Source of the DNA: Octopus vulgaris
Taxonomy: Eukaryota
NCBI GenBank assembly: GCA_951406725.2
Contig: OX597818.1
Span: 5,890,001 to 5,954,000, forward strand
Reading direction: 5' to 3'
Length of the DNA stretch: 64,000 bases
Made by a program: the position numbers and the translations under genes. The notes beneath the pieces were generated by a model that saw only the letters and a program-made list of their open reading frames with translations, was not told the origin of the DNA and did not search any database. Below, in pieces: positions 13,691 through 27,504 of this stretch (positions are counted from its first letter, which is position 1; each line of letters opens with the position of its first letter).

Positions 13691-14730
13691 ACTTTGGTGA
13701 GTGGAGAAAACATCTCTTTCTAGGTGTTATTAACACACACACGCACATATACTTGTATGTAAATATGTGCGCATACATATTAGTGTGTGTATGCTGAGAG
13801 GGTCAAAGAGGATGAGTGGGAGAGTGAGAATGAATGAGAAACAAACAGGCAAGCAAACAGGCAGTTAAGCAAGCAGGCAGGTAGGCAGGCATACAAGAAG
13901 ACTGACAAGCAGCATTATAAACAAAAACGTATTGAGAATTATGGGATAATAAGAATTATTTAGCTTCATTCAAAATAATTTAAAAAACAAAACAAAATCT
14001 ATATAGCGTCACGTAAACTATATAAGTGACAATATTGAATGTATTAAAAGTAAATTCTGCTTGACAGAAAGGAAGTATTAAAGAAGTCGGACAGTGCTTC
14101 ATAATTTATTAAAAATAATCAGAAACTATCTTCGCTGACAATCGATAATTCAAAAGAGAGAAAAGCTAGCATGTAAACCATATTCATGTGGGACAGGAAA
14201 GAGAAAGCAGAAAACAATATAGTTTTAATTCCACACCACAGACGTTCTTTCAATGACAAAATCCAACTACAAAATATTTTGATTGTGAAGATATATGAAA
14301 ATAAATTCTCCCACCACACACAATCTCGAGGACGAAAACGCATGTTTGTTATTAAGGCGCTAAGAATGCTTTATCTGCAAATTCATTATATACTCTTGCT
14401 ATTTTCATTTCAGAATATTTATATTTATATATTTAAAAAAATTTTTCTCTAACTTTCTGAATGATGTTTTCTTTCTAATATTATATTACTTAGTTAATTT
14501 GATAGTGTCATTCATTGGCACTATTCACTTATGAATCTTGCTGTTCCGTGTCAAGTTTATCAAAGGAAATTAATCCAAGACTTTTTTTAAAATATTTGCT
14601 TTAGAAGTATGCCAGTTATTTTGATATTTTGAGCAGGAAACACAAGCAGTGAACAACATTGCAAGTATTTCACAAATATAGCTTCTCATGTTTCTTTTAT
14701 TTGATACTTGATACGTATGTGTGTGTGTAT

Positions 14731-14778
<48 letters not shown>

Positions 14779-14791
14779 GTGTGTGTGTGTG

Positions 14792-14831
<40 letters not shown>

Positions 14832-14837
<6 letters not shown>

Positions 14838-15279
14838 ATTGAAGAAATGGAGTTGAACGAAGATTGAACAGAAATCGTTTTATTGCATTCTACACGTGTT
14901 TCGAAAGGCACAATTTACCAAATTCCGATTGAATAAGGAGACCATATTGTGTCTTTCTCTTCAGGAAGAAATAGGAAATCCGTTGGAAAAAAAAACAGAA
15001 CAGAGGCGGAGCAAAACAAATCGAATGAGGCTCCTAAGAGCCCATGGCCAAACTAAGAGTTTGGCCATGAATCTTAGGAGCCTCATTCGATTTGTTTTGC
15101 TCCGCCTCTGTTCTGTTTTTTTTTCCAACGGATTTCCTATTTCTTCCTGAAGAGAAAGACACAATATGGTCTCCTTATTCAATCGGAATTTGGTAAATTG
15201 TGCCTTTCGAAACACGTGTAGAATGCAATAAAACGATTTCTGTTCAATCTTCGTTCAACTCCATTTCTTCAATTCACTA
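14832..15279. repeat. 448-bp near-perfect palindrome with a unique tail at 15280-15437, inside (TA)n
   Basis: Arms are exact reverse complements except a gcc/aa bubble near the centre; 3-nt loop at 15055-15057; mirror ORFs 14896..15150(+) and 14961..15215(-). Confidence 0.97.
15144..15223 (+). ncRNA. Type I hammerhead ribozyme; mirror copy at 14888-14967 on the minus strand
   Basis: ttc-CTGAAGA-GAAAGaCACAAT...ATTGTGcCTTTC-GAAAC-acgt-GTA-gaa, followed by AATAAA. Confidence 0.88.
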
Positions 15280-15433
15280 ATAATATTAAAATTCAATTAT
15301 CCGCACCAACGCACGGTTGCAACACCATATGGTTGTACCTCCAACCGTGCTGTCTTCTGCTGTGATTTTTGCTACCAAGGTATCGGTTAAACTTTTGATT
15401 AATCTGCAACAAGATTATTCATCTTTCTATTTC

Positions 15434-15491
<58 letters not shown>

Positions 15492-15644
15492 ATGTTTCAT
15501 TTTCTCTGTTTTTTCGTTGTTCGAAAAAGGGTCGTTTCTATGTTTTTCTTTTTGTTTTCGTTTCTCATTGTGTTCAACGTTTTTTGATCTCCTGTACACA
15601 TTTTTATGTAGGTGTGTACATATATGAATGTATATATGCATATA

Positions 15645-15730
<86 letters not shown>

Positions 15731-15959
15731 ATATGTACATATATATGTGTGTATATATGTATATATATACAGTATAAATGATCGTGGGTAAGGCCAAAAC
15801 AATGCGAAGTAAATGCAAGGTAAAGCACAAGAAAGCAAATATATGAATTAATGTAGACTTACCTTGTATACACTATTTCGGGGTTATGACGCCATTTTTA
15901 AAAAATTGACGAATTTTGTCGATGTGCGTATGTGAGAGCGTATGTGGAGTGGATATGCG

Positions 15960-16890
15960 CAGGAAAGGGTTGCTATTGTAACCAGCTAGCTCCTTGTAAC
16001 TTTCTTTCATTGTTGATCATAGGTCTCTTTTGTTGTAGGAGAATGGCCTCAGAGATTTTAAGGTCACCACTGTTCCACTGTGTTGCCTCGATGAGCACTG
16101 TGAATTCCCGGCTCTGGCAATTCTGCAGATGTTTCTTCACGGAAGTGTCCACCTGCATGTGTTCCTTAGTGCAGTTTTTATATCGTGCTTTTGATGTAGG
16201 ATGCGCCACATTTGACACAGATGATCTCATATATCTCAAATTAAAAAATATTTTTGTTGTTTTTGTAAAATCTCAGAAAATAATTAAAAATTCACATTTT
16301 TTATCAAATTATTTTGTTATATTTGTCTATCTATCCAACTGTAAACATTTTAAATATTTCACTAACTTTTTGTTATAACTTGGTAAAAGGGTACATATTT
16401 TGCCAAAAATTGCCAAATTTGTTCCCACAGTCTTATTTATCCACAACCATATGTCCATATGTCCTCCGGTACAATTCAGGATCATTGATAGTGTAGACAA
16501 TGTACACTCTTCGGAGTATCGTGAGGTGTTGTTCTTGGACAGAGATTTTCTCATGGAAGGGGCCATGTGTACTATCTTTAAGTGGAGTCCTTCCCTAAGG
16601 ACAGCGTATTGTAGTTCTATCGCTAAAGTGTGGTAGCTTTAGGAAGCATGTACCGGAGTATGATGGTTCTTCTGGGATTTATTGACCCTGATGTTCATCA
16701 GTCGCCGTTGTTTAGCTAAAGATGACGGGTAGCTGTTCAGGGTTATGTCTCTGAAGAACTGTTTGGTGTTGACGTCTTTGTCGATCACGTTGCTGCAATT
16801 GTTGTTTATACGTGCAACCTCGTTTCTCACGTATGCAGCTTTGGCTCTTGAGGGCAAGGCTGATTGGTAGTGGACGAAGAGTTTTCTATT
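15960..16890 (-). mobile_element. Decayed Penelope-like element (RT C-terminus and GIY-YIG), interrupted by an AT-rich insert at ~16230-16430
   Basis: LFVHYQSALPSRAKAAYVRNEVARINNNCS...LNSYP; YEIICVKCGASYI; LKISEAILLQQKRPMINNERK. Confidence 0.75.
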
Positions 16891-17052
16891 AGCAATTCCA
16901 TTATAATGTATATATATATAAGTTCAGCAAAATTTAGATTCAGATGAATACGGTACTTAAGTTAAAGGCACCAGAATTTTGTATGGTATTATCCATATAA
17001 ATCAAATGGGGTGATTATAATGAAAATAAGCAGCAAGGATATCCAAGGTAGA

Positions 17053-17138
17053 GTAGTACAATTGTTTCATGCTACTTCATTTTATTAAACATTGTATGTA
17101 TTACATCAGTTTTAAAATGTCGAGCAATCTTCAGCCAC
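17053..17138 (-). ncRNA. Type I HHR in a PLE pseudo-LTR-like fragment (~16920-17400)
   Basis: Minus strand: gtgg-CTGAAGA-tTGCT...AGCAt-GAAAC-aatt-GTA-ctac; homolog at 29968-30053 (+). Confidence 0.75.
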
Positions 17139-18334
17139 ATATAGAATTTTCCAATTAAACGGACAATGTACTTCTTATTTCTATTTCATTTGCCAACATT
17201 ACAAAGAGGGTAGATATATAGACATAGAGGTTAATTTCATCATTAAGAACATGATGGTAGTATGTTCTTCTCCATCTGTAGATTTTATCATTGAGTTCAC
17301 TTTGTTATTTAGATCTATCAGTGGGGAGGGTTTTCTTTTATTCTTGGTTGAATGGAGACAAACAAGCATTTTTTTCTATTTATAAATAGAGGAAGGAGTA
17401 GTACATTTCATATTTATATATATATATATATATATATCCATTTCTATTAATATATAATCATAATTAACTAGTAAATAGTGATTGATTTTATTAGTGAGTT
17501 GAATTAAAAGAATATGTAAGACATAATATTTACTAACTTGATATGCTTTTAAATGGTGAGATAACACGTTTGTGTGATGCGTGTATTTACATTTGTTTTT
17601 GATATGCTATTCATTACCCATGAAGAAATGGGTTCCAGCTTTTTCATCAAGATAGCTGTCCAGACGAATCTTTTATGTGAAGCCGTTTTCCGAATGAAAA
17701 AATGATCACTGGATATTATAGAACGCTAAAACACAACGTCCCACTAAGTTCGTAACAGCTAATCATATTCATCATATTTTCGAAACCTATGTATACTCTT
17801 TAATTAATTATATCTAATTAAATATAGAATGGTATATTTAAAGAAAGACGTGGAATCGCAGCGACAACAACACAAAAAAACAATAATAATAATCATTTGT
17901 ACTATAGGCAAAGAACTGATCGTTGGACCTCGAGTCGTAAAAATCTGATCTTTGGACGTTACAAGATGGCTGTTCAGTCATAAAATAAAACCATATCTAT
18001 AATGTAAAAATGGCAGCTTAGTAGTGGGACGATTTTTCTTCGAAAGACAGTATTTAAATTATGCTTCGTCCACTGATGGCTAAAGAGAAATCGCTGTATG
18101 ATTCGTGATGCGGACATAGAATCCAATATAGACTCTGTCAAGTATTCCGCGGTATTGTAGAAAATTGCAATGAAGTGTTGAAGTGGTTCGTCTCCAATGA
18201 AGAGCATGGGAGATGAAATACTTTGAAATAAAAAATTGTTTTGGTGGTTTTTGGAAAGTATTATAAAATACCAGGTACATTTAGTTTAAATAAAGAGAAA
18301 ACCCAGAAAATTCCAGGCCTTTTGCTTATAGGTA

Positions 18335-18452
18335 AATGGCCTGGGATTTGTGCGGAGAGAGACAGTCGATCACATCGACCCCAGTACTCAGCTGGTAGTT
18401 GATTTATCGTCCCCGAAAGGATGAAAGGAAAAGTCGAACATGGTGGAACTGG
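18335..18452 (-). mobile_element. SINE fragment followed by (AAT)n
   Basis: atcgaccccagtactcagctggta...ccccgaaaggatgaaaggaaaagtcga is shared with the SINE copies at 27.5, 31 and 59.2 kb. Confidence 0.7.
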
Positions 18453-18453
18453 A

Positions 18454-18524
<71 letters not shown>

Positions 18525-19078
18525 AAAAAATTACACATATTTTCCTTCCTTTCCTTTCTTTCTGAGAATACGAAAATGTAAACAACATCCTATTTATTTC
18601 AAGAACGCTACAGTTTTTTCTATCAGATATACAAACGATCATCTTGAGAAACTTTTAAAACTTTAATATCTACAATATTCTACGAAAAGTCTACCTTCCT
18701 TTTCTTGCGTTTCCTTTCTCCCTGAATATTAGAGAATATAAACATCCTCTATTTTATTTCAGAAACACTACAGCTTTCCTGGCTAGACATACAAACGATA
18801 ATCTTTAGAAAATCTAAAACTTTAATATCTACAAATTTCTCTGAAAAGTTTACTCTTCTTTTCTCCCTAAATACTCAAATATGTAAACATACTTTTTATT
18901 GTAACAAATTCAGCGCACGATAAAGCTAATGAGATAAGCACCTGCCAATATTTACTAAACTACACAATTACGATAACTGTAAACAGAGCAAAACATGTAA
19001 AAAGAAAACGAAAATTCAAAAATTCAAAAACAAATTTAAAAAATCCCCAAATTCAATAGTTCAACTTTGTAAACATTA

Positions 19079-19159
<81 letters not shown>

Positions 19160-20992
19160 AAAAATCGGTGTGTGTGTGTTTGTGTCGTTGTTAGCTAACT
19201 CCTCCTACATCGTTTTATTGATTTTGATTAAAATTAACACGTGATTAGAACTCATGTCTGTAAACCTCGTGACTGACTTAGATTGTTGAAAAAAATCAAT
19301 AATACGGCCCATGGAAGGAATCATTATATCTACCCCATATAACTAATTTTTTTAACACCAAAGATAAATAACCCATAGCACCTACACGTACAGTTGTTAG
19401 TTTTTAGTGATGCAATTAATATTCGATTCTTACGATCAGCAGACCTAACTCCACATTTCATTACTCTCAGTTTCCAACTGCCAAACATTATTATTGCACT
19501 TTCTTGATCCATGTACAATTTCAATGTCAATAACTCCGATAATTCTGCATTTTAATTCTGCAGTTAAAATTTTTCGATCACCGTACATAAATTTTGATTC
19601 CAAAACGTATTTAGTAAGTGTGTCCCAATATAATGAACGCATACTTTGAATGCTTACAATTCTTTAAAAAATGAAACCAAACTTCCACACCACATTCAGT
19701 TGGGACACCATGTGTTACTTATACTTATTTTACAAATCATATTTATTGCTTATTTACAGTTCATACAACTATTTTATGAAATTAACTGAGCTATCGAATT
19801 TAGAAATATTTTACAGATTTCATTGTTTATGTTCAATTACTTTGAATATTGATTTTTTTGTGTCTCCAATTTCTAATTTTTGCAGATAATATCACACTTA
19901 TACTTTATTTGGCACGTGAGTAGAACTCACGTCTGGAAACCTCGTGACATACTTAGCCTGTTGAAAAATCGATAATAGGGCCCCTCCAATGTATCCTTCT
20001 ATCTACTGCATATTACTAATATTTTATTTAAACAACCCAAGGGAAATAACCCACACCACCTGCAGTTTTTAGTGAAGCTATCAATATTTGATTCTCACGA
20101 TCAGCTGAACTGATTCGGCATTTCACTACAGTATTGAAATACTAAACATTATTATTGTACTTCCTTGATTTGACTATTAAACCTTAAAGACGCCATTAAT
20201 ACATTTCTATACATATATACGTTTTTCAATGCCCATTACTCCGATTACTCTGCAATTTTACAGTTACACTTTTTCCATGACAGTAAATAATTTTTTTTTT
20301 ATTCCACATTGTATTTGTAGTGGCTTCATGCATGCACAGTGCAGAATCTATCCTCGATTGCAAAATTTCACTTAACATTTCCACAGCGCTTTTCTCACTC
20401 TAAAACGATAGTTTTTCTGTGAATGACGGCAGTTATATATTTCCCAGATGCCTTCGCTAAGCAGAATAATGTCTTTGCCACTTGACCCTTCTAACCTCTT
20501 CTAGGCCACCAGGGCTGGAATGGAGATAACAGACCTCCAACGAAATCATTTGTTCTCAACAAGATGTCTATCCTTCTGGCTGCTTTTCGATAGTTATAAA
20601 AACAAGAACACCATAAGCTAAAAGCAGTTACTAAGCGTGACCATTAGTGAGTGTATAATTATTATTGCATTTTCTTCATTTCATTCTTAAAAATTAAACA
20701 CTACATTCATTTATTTTTATACATATATACTACATTTATATATTACCTTTAATAAATTAGCCTTCATAAACTTCACCTTTAAAATGCTACGACGAGTCAG
20801 AGTACTTTCTCGCCAACCTCCAACAATCTCTCCCTCCTCTAGCTGACAGTTCTTTCAACTTTATGGCGACGGAAAGTACACCTTTTGTGGCAGTTATAAC
20901 GAAATTGCTTTCTTATATCAGAGTAATGAGACGTTCGATAGAACATCCTTACTCCTGAATTACTGGGTACACGAGCAAGTATATATATGTAT

Positions 20993-22069
20993 AAAAAACT
21001 GTAGCAACTTATTTTGGCAACACGCTGGCGGAAGGGGGACGGTGACTTACTTTCATTCACCCTTTGAATTTCGTGGTACTGGTAAGGCTTACGCTCGCTC
21101 TGATACCATGAGTTGAGGTGATGTCTTCTAGTGCCTTCAAATTTAATACACAATTATTAATAATTGAAACGCAATTATTTATAATTGAAGAGTCCTACGC
21201 CGAGGAGGAAAATAGTCAGGTAAGACATAATTATTTAATTTTTATGCTCTGCAATGACTTAATTCCGAAACGTACGTCCGTAGGTAACTTAATATAGAAT
21301 GATTTTCGTCATTTCTTTCTCTTTTACCTGCGTCGTTTGCTTTTTAAGTGCTTTGGTTTTACTGGGATCTCCCCTTTTAAGTAGAAAGAATAGCCAAAAC
21401 TTTTTGACTGCTATTTCTAAATTCGGTGTGTGGTGAGGCAAATCGTTGCTAAACCCTTAATTACTTAGTATTACTTGAACCTTCCTTGAATGGGTCTTTT
21501 ACATGCCGAACTCTACTTGGTGAAATTAATGCTTATTTCTAAATTAATTAATTTCACCCTTTATTATTGATAATTGTATTTCATCCCAGTAAAAAAACTG
21601 TAGCATCTTATTTTGGCAACACGCTGGCGGAAGGGGGACGGTGACTTACTTTCATTCACCCCTTGAATTTCGTGGTACTGGTAAGGCTTACGCTCGCTCT
21701 GATACCATGAGTTGAGGTGATGTCTTCTAGTGCCTTCAAATTTAATACACAATTATTAATAATTGAGACGCAATTATTTATAATTGAAGAGTCCTACGCT
21801 GAGGAGGAAAATAGTCAGGTAAGACATAATTATTTAATTTTTATGCTCTGCAATGACTGAATTCCGAAACGTACGTCCGTAGGTAACTTAATATAGAATG
21901 ATTTTCGTCATTTCTTTCTCTTTTACCTGCGTCGTTTGCTTTTTAAGTGCTTTGGTTTTACTGCGATCTCCCCTTTTAAGTAGAAAGAATAGCCAAAACG
22001 TTTTGACTGCTATTTCTAAATTCGGTGTGTGGTGAGGCAAATCGTTGCTAAACCCTTAATTACTTAGTA
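20993..22069 (+). mobile_element. Retrozyme-like or PLE pLTR tandem: 478-bp direct repeats (20993-21470 and 21592-22069), period 599 bp, one HHR in each
   Basis: About 7 substitutions between copies by eye; no meaningful ORF; HHRs at 21194-21284 and 21793-21883. Confidence 0.85.
21793..21883 (+). ncRNA. Canonical type I HHR; the twin at 21194-21284 has a CCGAGGA core
   Basis: cctacg-CTGAGGA-GGAA..AGTCA..CATAA..TTATG..TGACT..TTCC-GAAAC-gtac-GTC-cgtagg. Confidence 0.92.
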
Positions 22070-24193
22070 ATTGCCTTTATTTTCTTTGCTTACTTCTATA
22101 ATCTGTCTTTCTCGCCCCCTTTCTATCGCATGACTTTGTTAATGAACAATCTACTGTAATTATTTTAATGGCCTACAAATGTACACAGTACGTTTCTCTG
22201 CCTTTGGTGTCTGGAGGGCACTCGGTAACAAAAGGAAACAAAATTGAAAGAAGATGATAATGAAAGTTATAGTAATGTCAAATCTCGGTAAAAAAAGGAA
22301 ACAGAATTGAAAGAAAATGATAATGAAAGTTATAATAATGTCAAAAATATTTGATTTAGGAGTTGCACACATACACACTACAACGTTACAGTCCACCAAA
22401 AACGTACAAGAATAAACTCATTGTGTAAATATCCAGCAAAATTAACAAAACCCATAACATTTGTCATAGAAGGTAGATACTCGACAGAAGAACACAACCT
22501 GCGCTACACAAACAACATGCAATATATAAATTAATAGAACAGAAAACTCAAGTAAGTCCTCATAACACAATGTACTGATACAATACAATATCTCCACTCA
22601 CTCACTAAAATGCAGCACACACCACCCCACCAACAGGAAGGTGCAACAAATGATGAAGTATTCAGTTACTTGAAATTTTCAGATGTCGAAAAAATAGTGG
22701 TGATGACGAGGGTCACGAACGTTACCTTCCCTTTTAAGGGAAGGCCTCTCGCTCGGCAGTGGATCTCTACCCAGTGGCAAGAGTAGCATGATTATACTAT
22801 ATGGGCAGGAGTAGTAAGGGAGTCGGAAGAGGATTAATATTAGTATAAAACTACGTGGAATTAGCTAGAATGAATATAGAATCCTAGGTAGGTAATAGAG
22901 AAGAACATTTATTAAAAGATGCGAGAGTCACAGCAAGACAGGGAGACCATAAACACACACGAACTCAAAAATCAGAAAAAAATAGAAATTATATCAATGA
23001 CAGAAGACGTTGCACGGTAGATTCCCAAAGATAGTTGCTGTAAAGACATATTGTAGGAAGTGAAACTTGGGAATTGGCTTGCTTCATGCTAAAGGTCACC
23101 AATGATGCGAACACTAATGCAAGCGTCAACTTGAGAAATTGATATACCTTAATACAAATCGACATAGCTTAATAGAAATGGACATTGCTTATACGTTTAG
23201 ATACTGCCCACTAAATCTCTGTGTCGTCTTCAAATACCTCCTTAGTCTACTGGTACACGGAGTAATAATTAAAACGTTCTCCTGTTACAGAAACAGAACA
23301 CCTTTCCATATAATGGAGAACCCTGCGATACTTAGTTTCTTTTCTAAATGTTATACTATTAGCCATATCTATTCATTAGCTAAAGTAAATCCGGATCATT
23401 TCACGGTGTCGAATATTGGTAACAACATTCTAGCAGGTTTTTTTTAAACTCCACCTGTTCTTATAGCTTAGAGTGATATAGGCAGAATTTAGTAGTCTAT
23501 CAATTAGTTGCATTTGTTTAAGGTCAGGATACTGTTCTTTTGTTCCCAACTCAAATGACAAAAAGTGTTGCTCTTCTAAGTCTTCATAACATCGACATAT
23601 TGGTTTCGATGAAATCTGGTGTAGAGCTAGGAAAAGTGTTGTTTCAGCTGTAACCGTCTTCTTCATTGACTTATACTGAGAGCAGAGTAGCTTCTTTAAA
23701 AATCTGCGAAGTTTCCTCCTACAACACGCCAGAGTACTCCATCATTAGAACCTCTTTCAAGTGTCACCAAATCCTGTTTTGGTGATGAAAGGACTACTTA
23801 TTTGATATCAAGTGATTAATAGAATGCTTTTGCGCTTGCATTGGCTGGTGGGCATTATAATCCGAATTCAGTCAAATTATTTCGGCAGTGCCATTCTGAT
23901 ACCTTGAATTGGAGAAAGAAACTTTACTGTTTACAGCCATGTTAAATTATTTTCATCGCGTGATTATGAGTCACGTGCAGTTCATGATTTACCAGGAATT
24001 TCAGCACACAGACTCTGATCATCGGTAAGCAGGATCTCACATATTTATTATGATCAAGTATTCTTATCTAGAAGTAAGAAGTATGTAAAATATATATATT
24101 TATTTTAACGTGTATGATAGGATTTTGTTGATTAATTTTCTTCGAGCAATCTCTTACAGACACGCACTCACATATTTGTGTTTATATATAAAT

Positions 24194-24466
24194 ATGTGTG
24201 TATGTATGTATGTATGTATGTATGTATGTATGTATGTATGTATGTATGTATGTATGTATGTATGTATGTATGTATGTATGTATGTGTGTGTGTATGTATG
24301 TATGTATGTATGTATGTATGTATGAATGAATGTATGTATGTATGTATGTATGTAGGTAGGTAGGTAGGTAGGTAGGTAGGTAGATATGTAGGTATGTATG
24401 TATGTATGTATGTATGTATGTAGGTATGTAGGTAGGTAGGTAGGTAGGTACGTACGTATGTATGTA
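24194..24466. repeat. (TATG)n/(TAGG)n compound microsatellite
   Basis: Directly visible. Confidence 0.98.
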
Positions 24467-25669
24467 TAAATATGCCGCTTATTTACATGCAGTGGTATCT
24501 AATTAAAATATCTTGTACAGACGAAACAGATATATTAGGGATAAAATCAGGAAAACATAGAAGCTGAAAGAGGAAACGAAATTTAGTCGAATACATCAAT
24601 GAACCCGAAACTTCAATAAACTCTCCTTTTCTCCTTCTATAATACTCACTTATCTTTTAAGTCTATACATATACAGTTAGACATAGTATCTGTTTACATG
24701 AATATCGTCTGTATGTTGCACAATACGATACAAAACTATATTTTATTTTAGATTTCAATTTCCTTTTATTCATTTGATTCAGCCTCGAGCAAAATATAAT
24801 CATTTTAAGTTGATTAAGTTAATTTTTCTGTAATATCCTTCCAATTATTTTGTTCCTCCTGGTAAACAACTCCAAATATCGTTCCAATTCCATTAGCTAG
24901 TCGATATCTGATGGAGAAATACATAAAAAAAATGACATCTTTGAGTTGTTGCAAAAAGATTTTCAAATGAATATTGTTTATTTAGAATTTCTAGAATTAT
25001 AGGTGAATTTATTATTATCTGCATACTACTTTAGAATTCTTTTTTATTTTGAAAATTTTGAGATTTATAAAATATATATTACCAATGATATGGGGAACAA
25101 TAATTGGATGAATATGTCAAAGAATATAAATCGAATGTGTTTCTATAAATTTAAACCAAATATATATACATTCATATATTTTTAAATAGCTGATTTTATT
25201 GTATCAAAATATACCATCACTCCTATTAACGTCTATATTTGAATTCAGAACAATAGGAAGTGTTTCATTTCTCGTACCGATCGAAAAATTATTCAATGCT
25301 TATAATACATGAACTTATCTTGTCTACTTGTAATGAGTACTAAACTGATAAACTAAAGTTGTATATTCATTACAGTTACTTAACGTTGGTGTCTTGTTTG
25401 AGACTGTAATAGTAAGTTTTAACTGACATGCAGTTATGGGGTGCCTTTTCCTCGTGAGTTTCAATAGAATGAAATCACATCAAATAGAAATTCCGACACT
25501 CATGACAGACGAATCTTGTCTGCTACGATCTATGGAACTGCTTGTGTGTGTACATGAGATAATATTTAAAGACTAACAACGTAGTATTCAGTATTCTAAC
25601 AAGGCACCCCCGTTAAGTTGTATATAAACATTACCTTATCTGTGTATCGCTGACTGTGTGTGAATATGC

Positions 25670-25970
25670 GTAGACTAGAGGTTAGGGTGTTGCACTCACG
25701 ATCTCAAGATCCTTGATTCGATACGCAGAGCAAGCGGTGCGTTGTTTTCTTGAGCAAAATGCTTCATTTCACATTGCTCCAGTCCACTTATCTGTAATTA
25801 GGTAACACTTCGACAGAATATCCTTTGGATAAAAGTGAATGTTAGCCTACTCACTTAGCTAGCGGGGTGAGAGCATTCCAAAGCATGATTGATGCAAATC
25901 ACATAGTAACCAGTGATATATATCACACCGTTCAATAATTTGGTTGATTATATCATCAGGTGATTATATG
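25670..25970 (+). mobile_element. Degenerate tRNA-derived SINE
   Basis: A/B-box-like gaggttagggtgttgcactcacgatc...gattcgatac, followed by ttgagcaaaatgcttcatttcacattgctccagtccact. Confidence 0.6.
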
Positions 25971-25989
25971 ATTATATATATATATATAT

Positions 25990-26540
25990 GGTGGCTGCCC
26001 CCTCGTTATCTAGTATAGCCATTGCATGAAGCTTGATCAATGTTGTTATCGTGCAATGCCTGTGCAAGAAGCTTATTTTTAAAGTGAGGAAAGGCTGTGC
26101 ACTAAGTCAATCCCACTCACTAAGCAACAGCAGCCATAATCCGAAAAGAAGTCCAAGTCAACATCATCGGTAACAACTGAGCCGCAGGTTTTATGTCGGA
26201 GTTATCCCAGCTACCTGAGTTACCTTCCCCTAGAAGGATGCCCTAACAAAGGCTAGAAGTCCTTCACTCCCAATGGTTTAACCGCGCGATCGGGTATTCA
26301 GCCCGATTACTTCTATATCCCCGTGCATGATTCAGCCTTAAGACATTTATTGGATGACTGTTGACTCTCAAGAGTTCCTCTGCCCTTTGACAGGTTTTGT
26401 TTTCCATCCCGCAGGGTGTCCAATAAACACCCTCCTCACCAAGCAAGCTTGGTGGGGATGCCGGTTTAGTCGCCGACGACCCGACCATGCAATAGGTTGT
26501 ACTGGGTTACATGTTACCAGTAGCACTCGAAAGTGACCTG
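25990..26540. repeat. Unclassified interspersed repeat between (TA)n tracts; its terminus recurs inverted at ~43545-43592
   Basis: ggctgccccctcgttatctagtatagccattgcatgaagctt versus aagcttcgtgcaatcgccatactcgataacgagggggcagcc. Confidence 0.6.
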
Positions 26541-26555
26541 ACATAATATATATAT

Positions 26556-26588
<33 letters not shown>

Positions 26589-26605
26589 GACATATATATA
26601 TATAT

Positions 26606-26990
26606 ACGTGGTCAGATCAATAAGTATCGAGACTTTTGCCTTAGTAACAGTAAAGGTAAGCAGAGTGAAGCTGCTTGGCACATATTGATATTTAACTCTG
26701 CTTTGCATGCGCACTAAGTTTTAAAATTCTAGCTCACTTCCTCTGTTTACAACAGTGCTTGAAAGGAAGGTGCGTAGCGTGTGATCATCACATTAATCAT
26801 GACAGAGAAATTCGAGCACAGAAACTGCGTCAAATTTTGCCAAAATACCTGCTCAGAGAACTACACACAATTTTCAAAAATGTTCATCGCTCTCAACACA
26901 ATGAAAGAGATCTTGTACAACTGAAACCCACGTGTGCTTCTGGCCAGGTGAAAGCAGATCTGGCACAAACTTAGCAGACACGCATCTCAT
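26606..26990 (+). mobile_element. Mariner 5' fragment
   Basis: TA then cgtggtcagatcaataagtatcgagact (mariner-like TIR), and a frameshifted MTEK..EHRNCVKFCQ N-terminus. Confidence 0.6.
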
Positions 26991-27504
26991 ACCCATACTG
27001 ATATGGACAGAACTGAACCGTAACTAATCTTCACATACACCGATAACACACGAATGGTAATTCGAAGTTTTCCCCTTGCACCTCCCGTATATCTGCGATG
27101 TTTTTCTCAGTTCTGTAATTTGCGAGTCTCCCTGAATGCTCGTAAATATCTACATTTTTTACCATCTTCGATACGTCTGAAGCATTCGTAAACTCGTACG
27201 CTTCTCTCCATACACCTTCTGCAACTTTGCGTAGGCCTGTGAAACCGGCCCTTAGGAGCCTGGTATGGCTCGAGATGCAACAAACAACAATGCATGTAGA
27301 GTGAAATGCGTACATCAATATTGTACTCTCATTAGATGGAGTACTCACTTTGTTGGTTTCAGTCATTTGACTGCGGCAATTCTGGAGCAACGCCTTTATA
27401 TATACACATGTGTGTGTGTGTGTATGTATGAATGCATAGCGAATTCCTGGAATACACAACCACTAACGACGCTTATATTTTAAGAACAATAAATGTTTGT
27501 ATTT

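Noticed and set aside
14896-15215. Mirror-image ORF pairs here and at 38599-39163
   Set aside because: They follow from DNA palindromy; no recognisable protein.
22900-24050. Higher-complexity stretch with short ORFs (also 2050-2780)
   Set aside because: No recognisable motif or splice structure; probably decayed transposon.
25922-25965. Minus-strand atcac-CTGATGA...GAAC..gtgat HHR-like pattern
   Set aside because: Lacks GAAA and an NUH site, and lies in a degenerate SINE tail.
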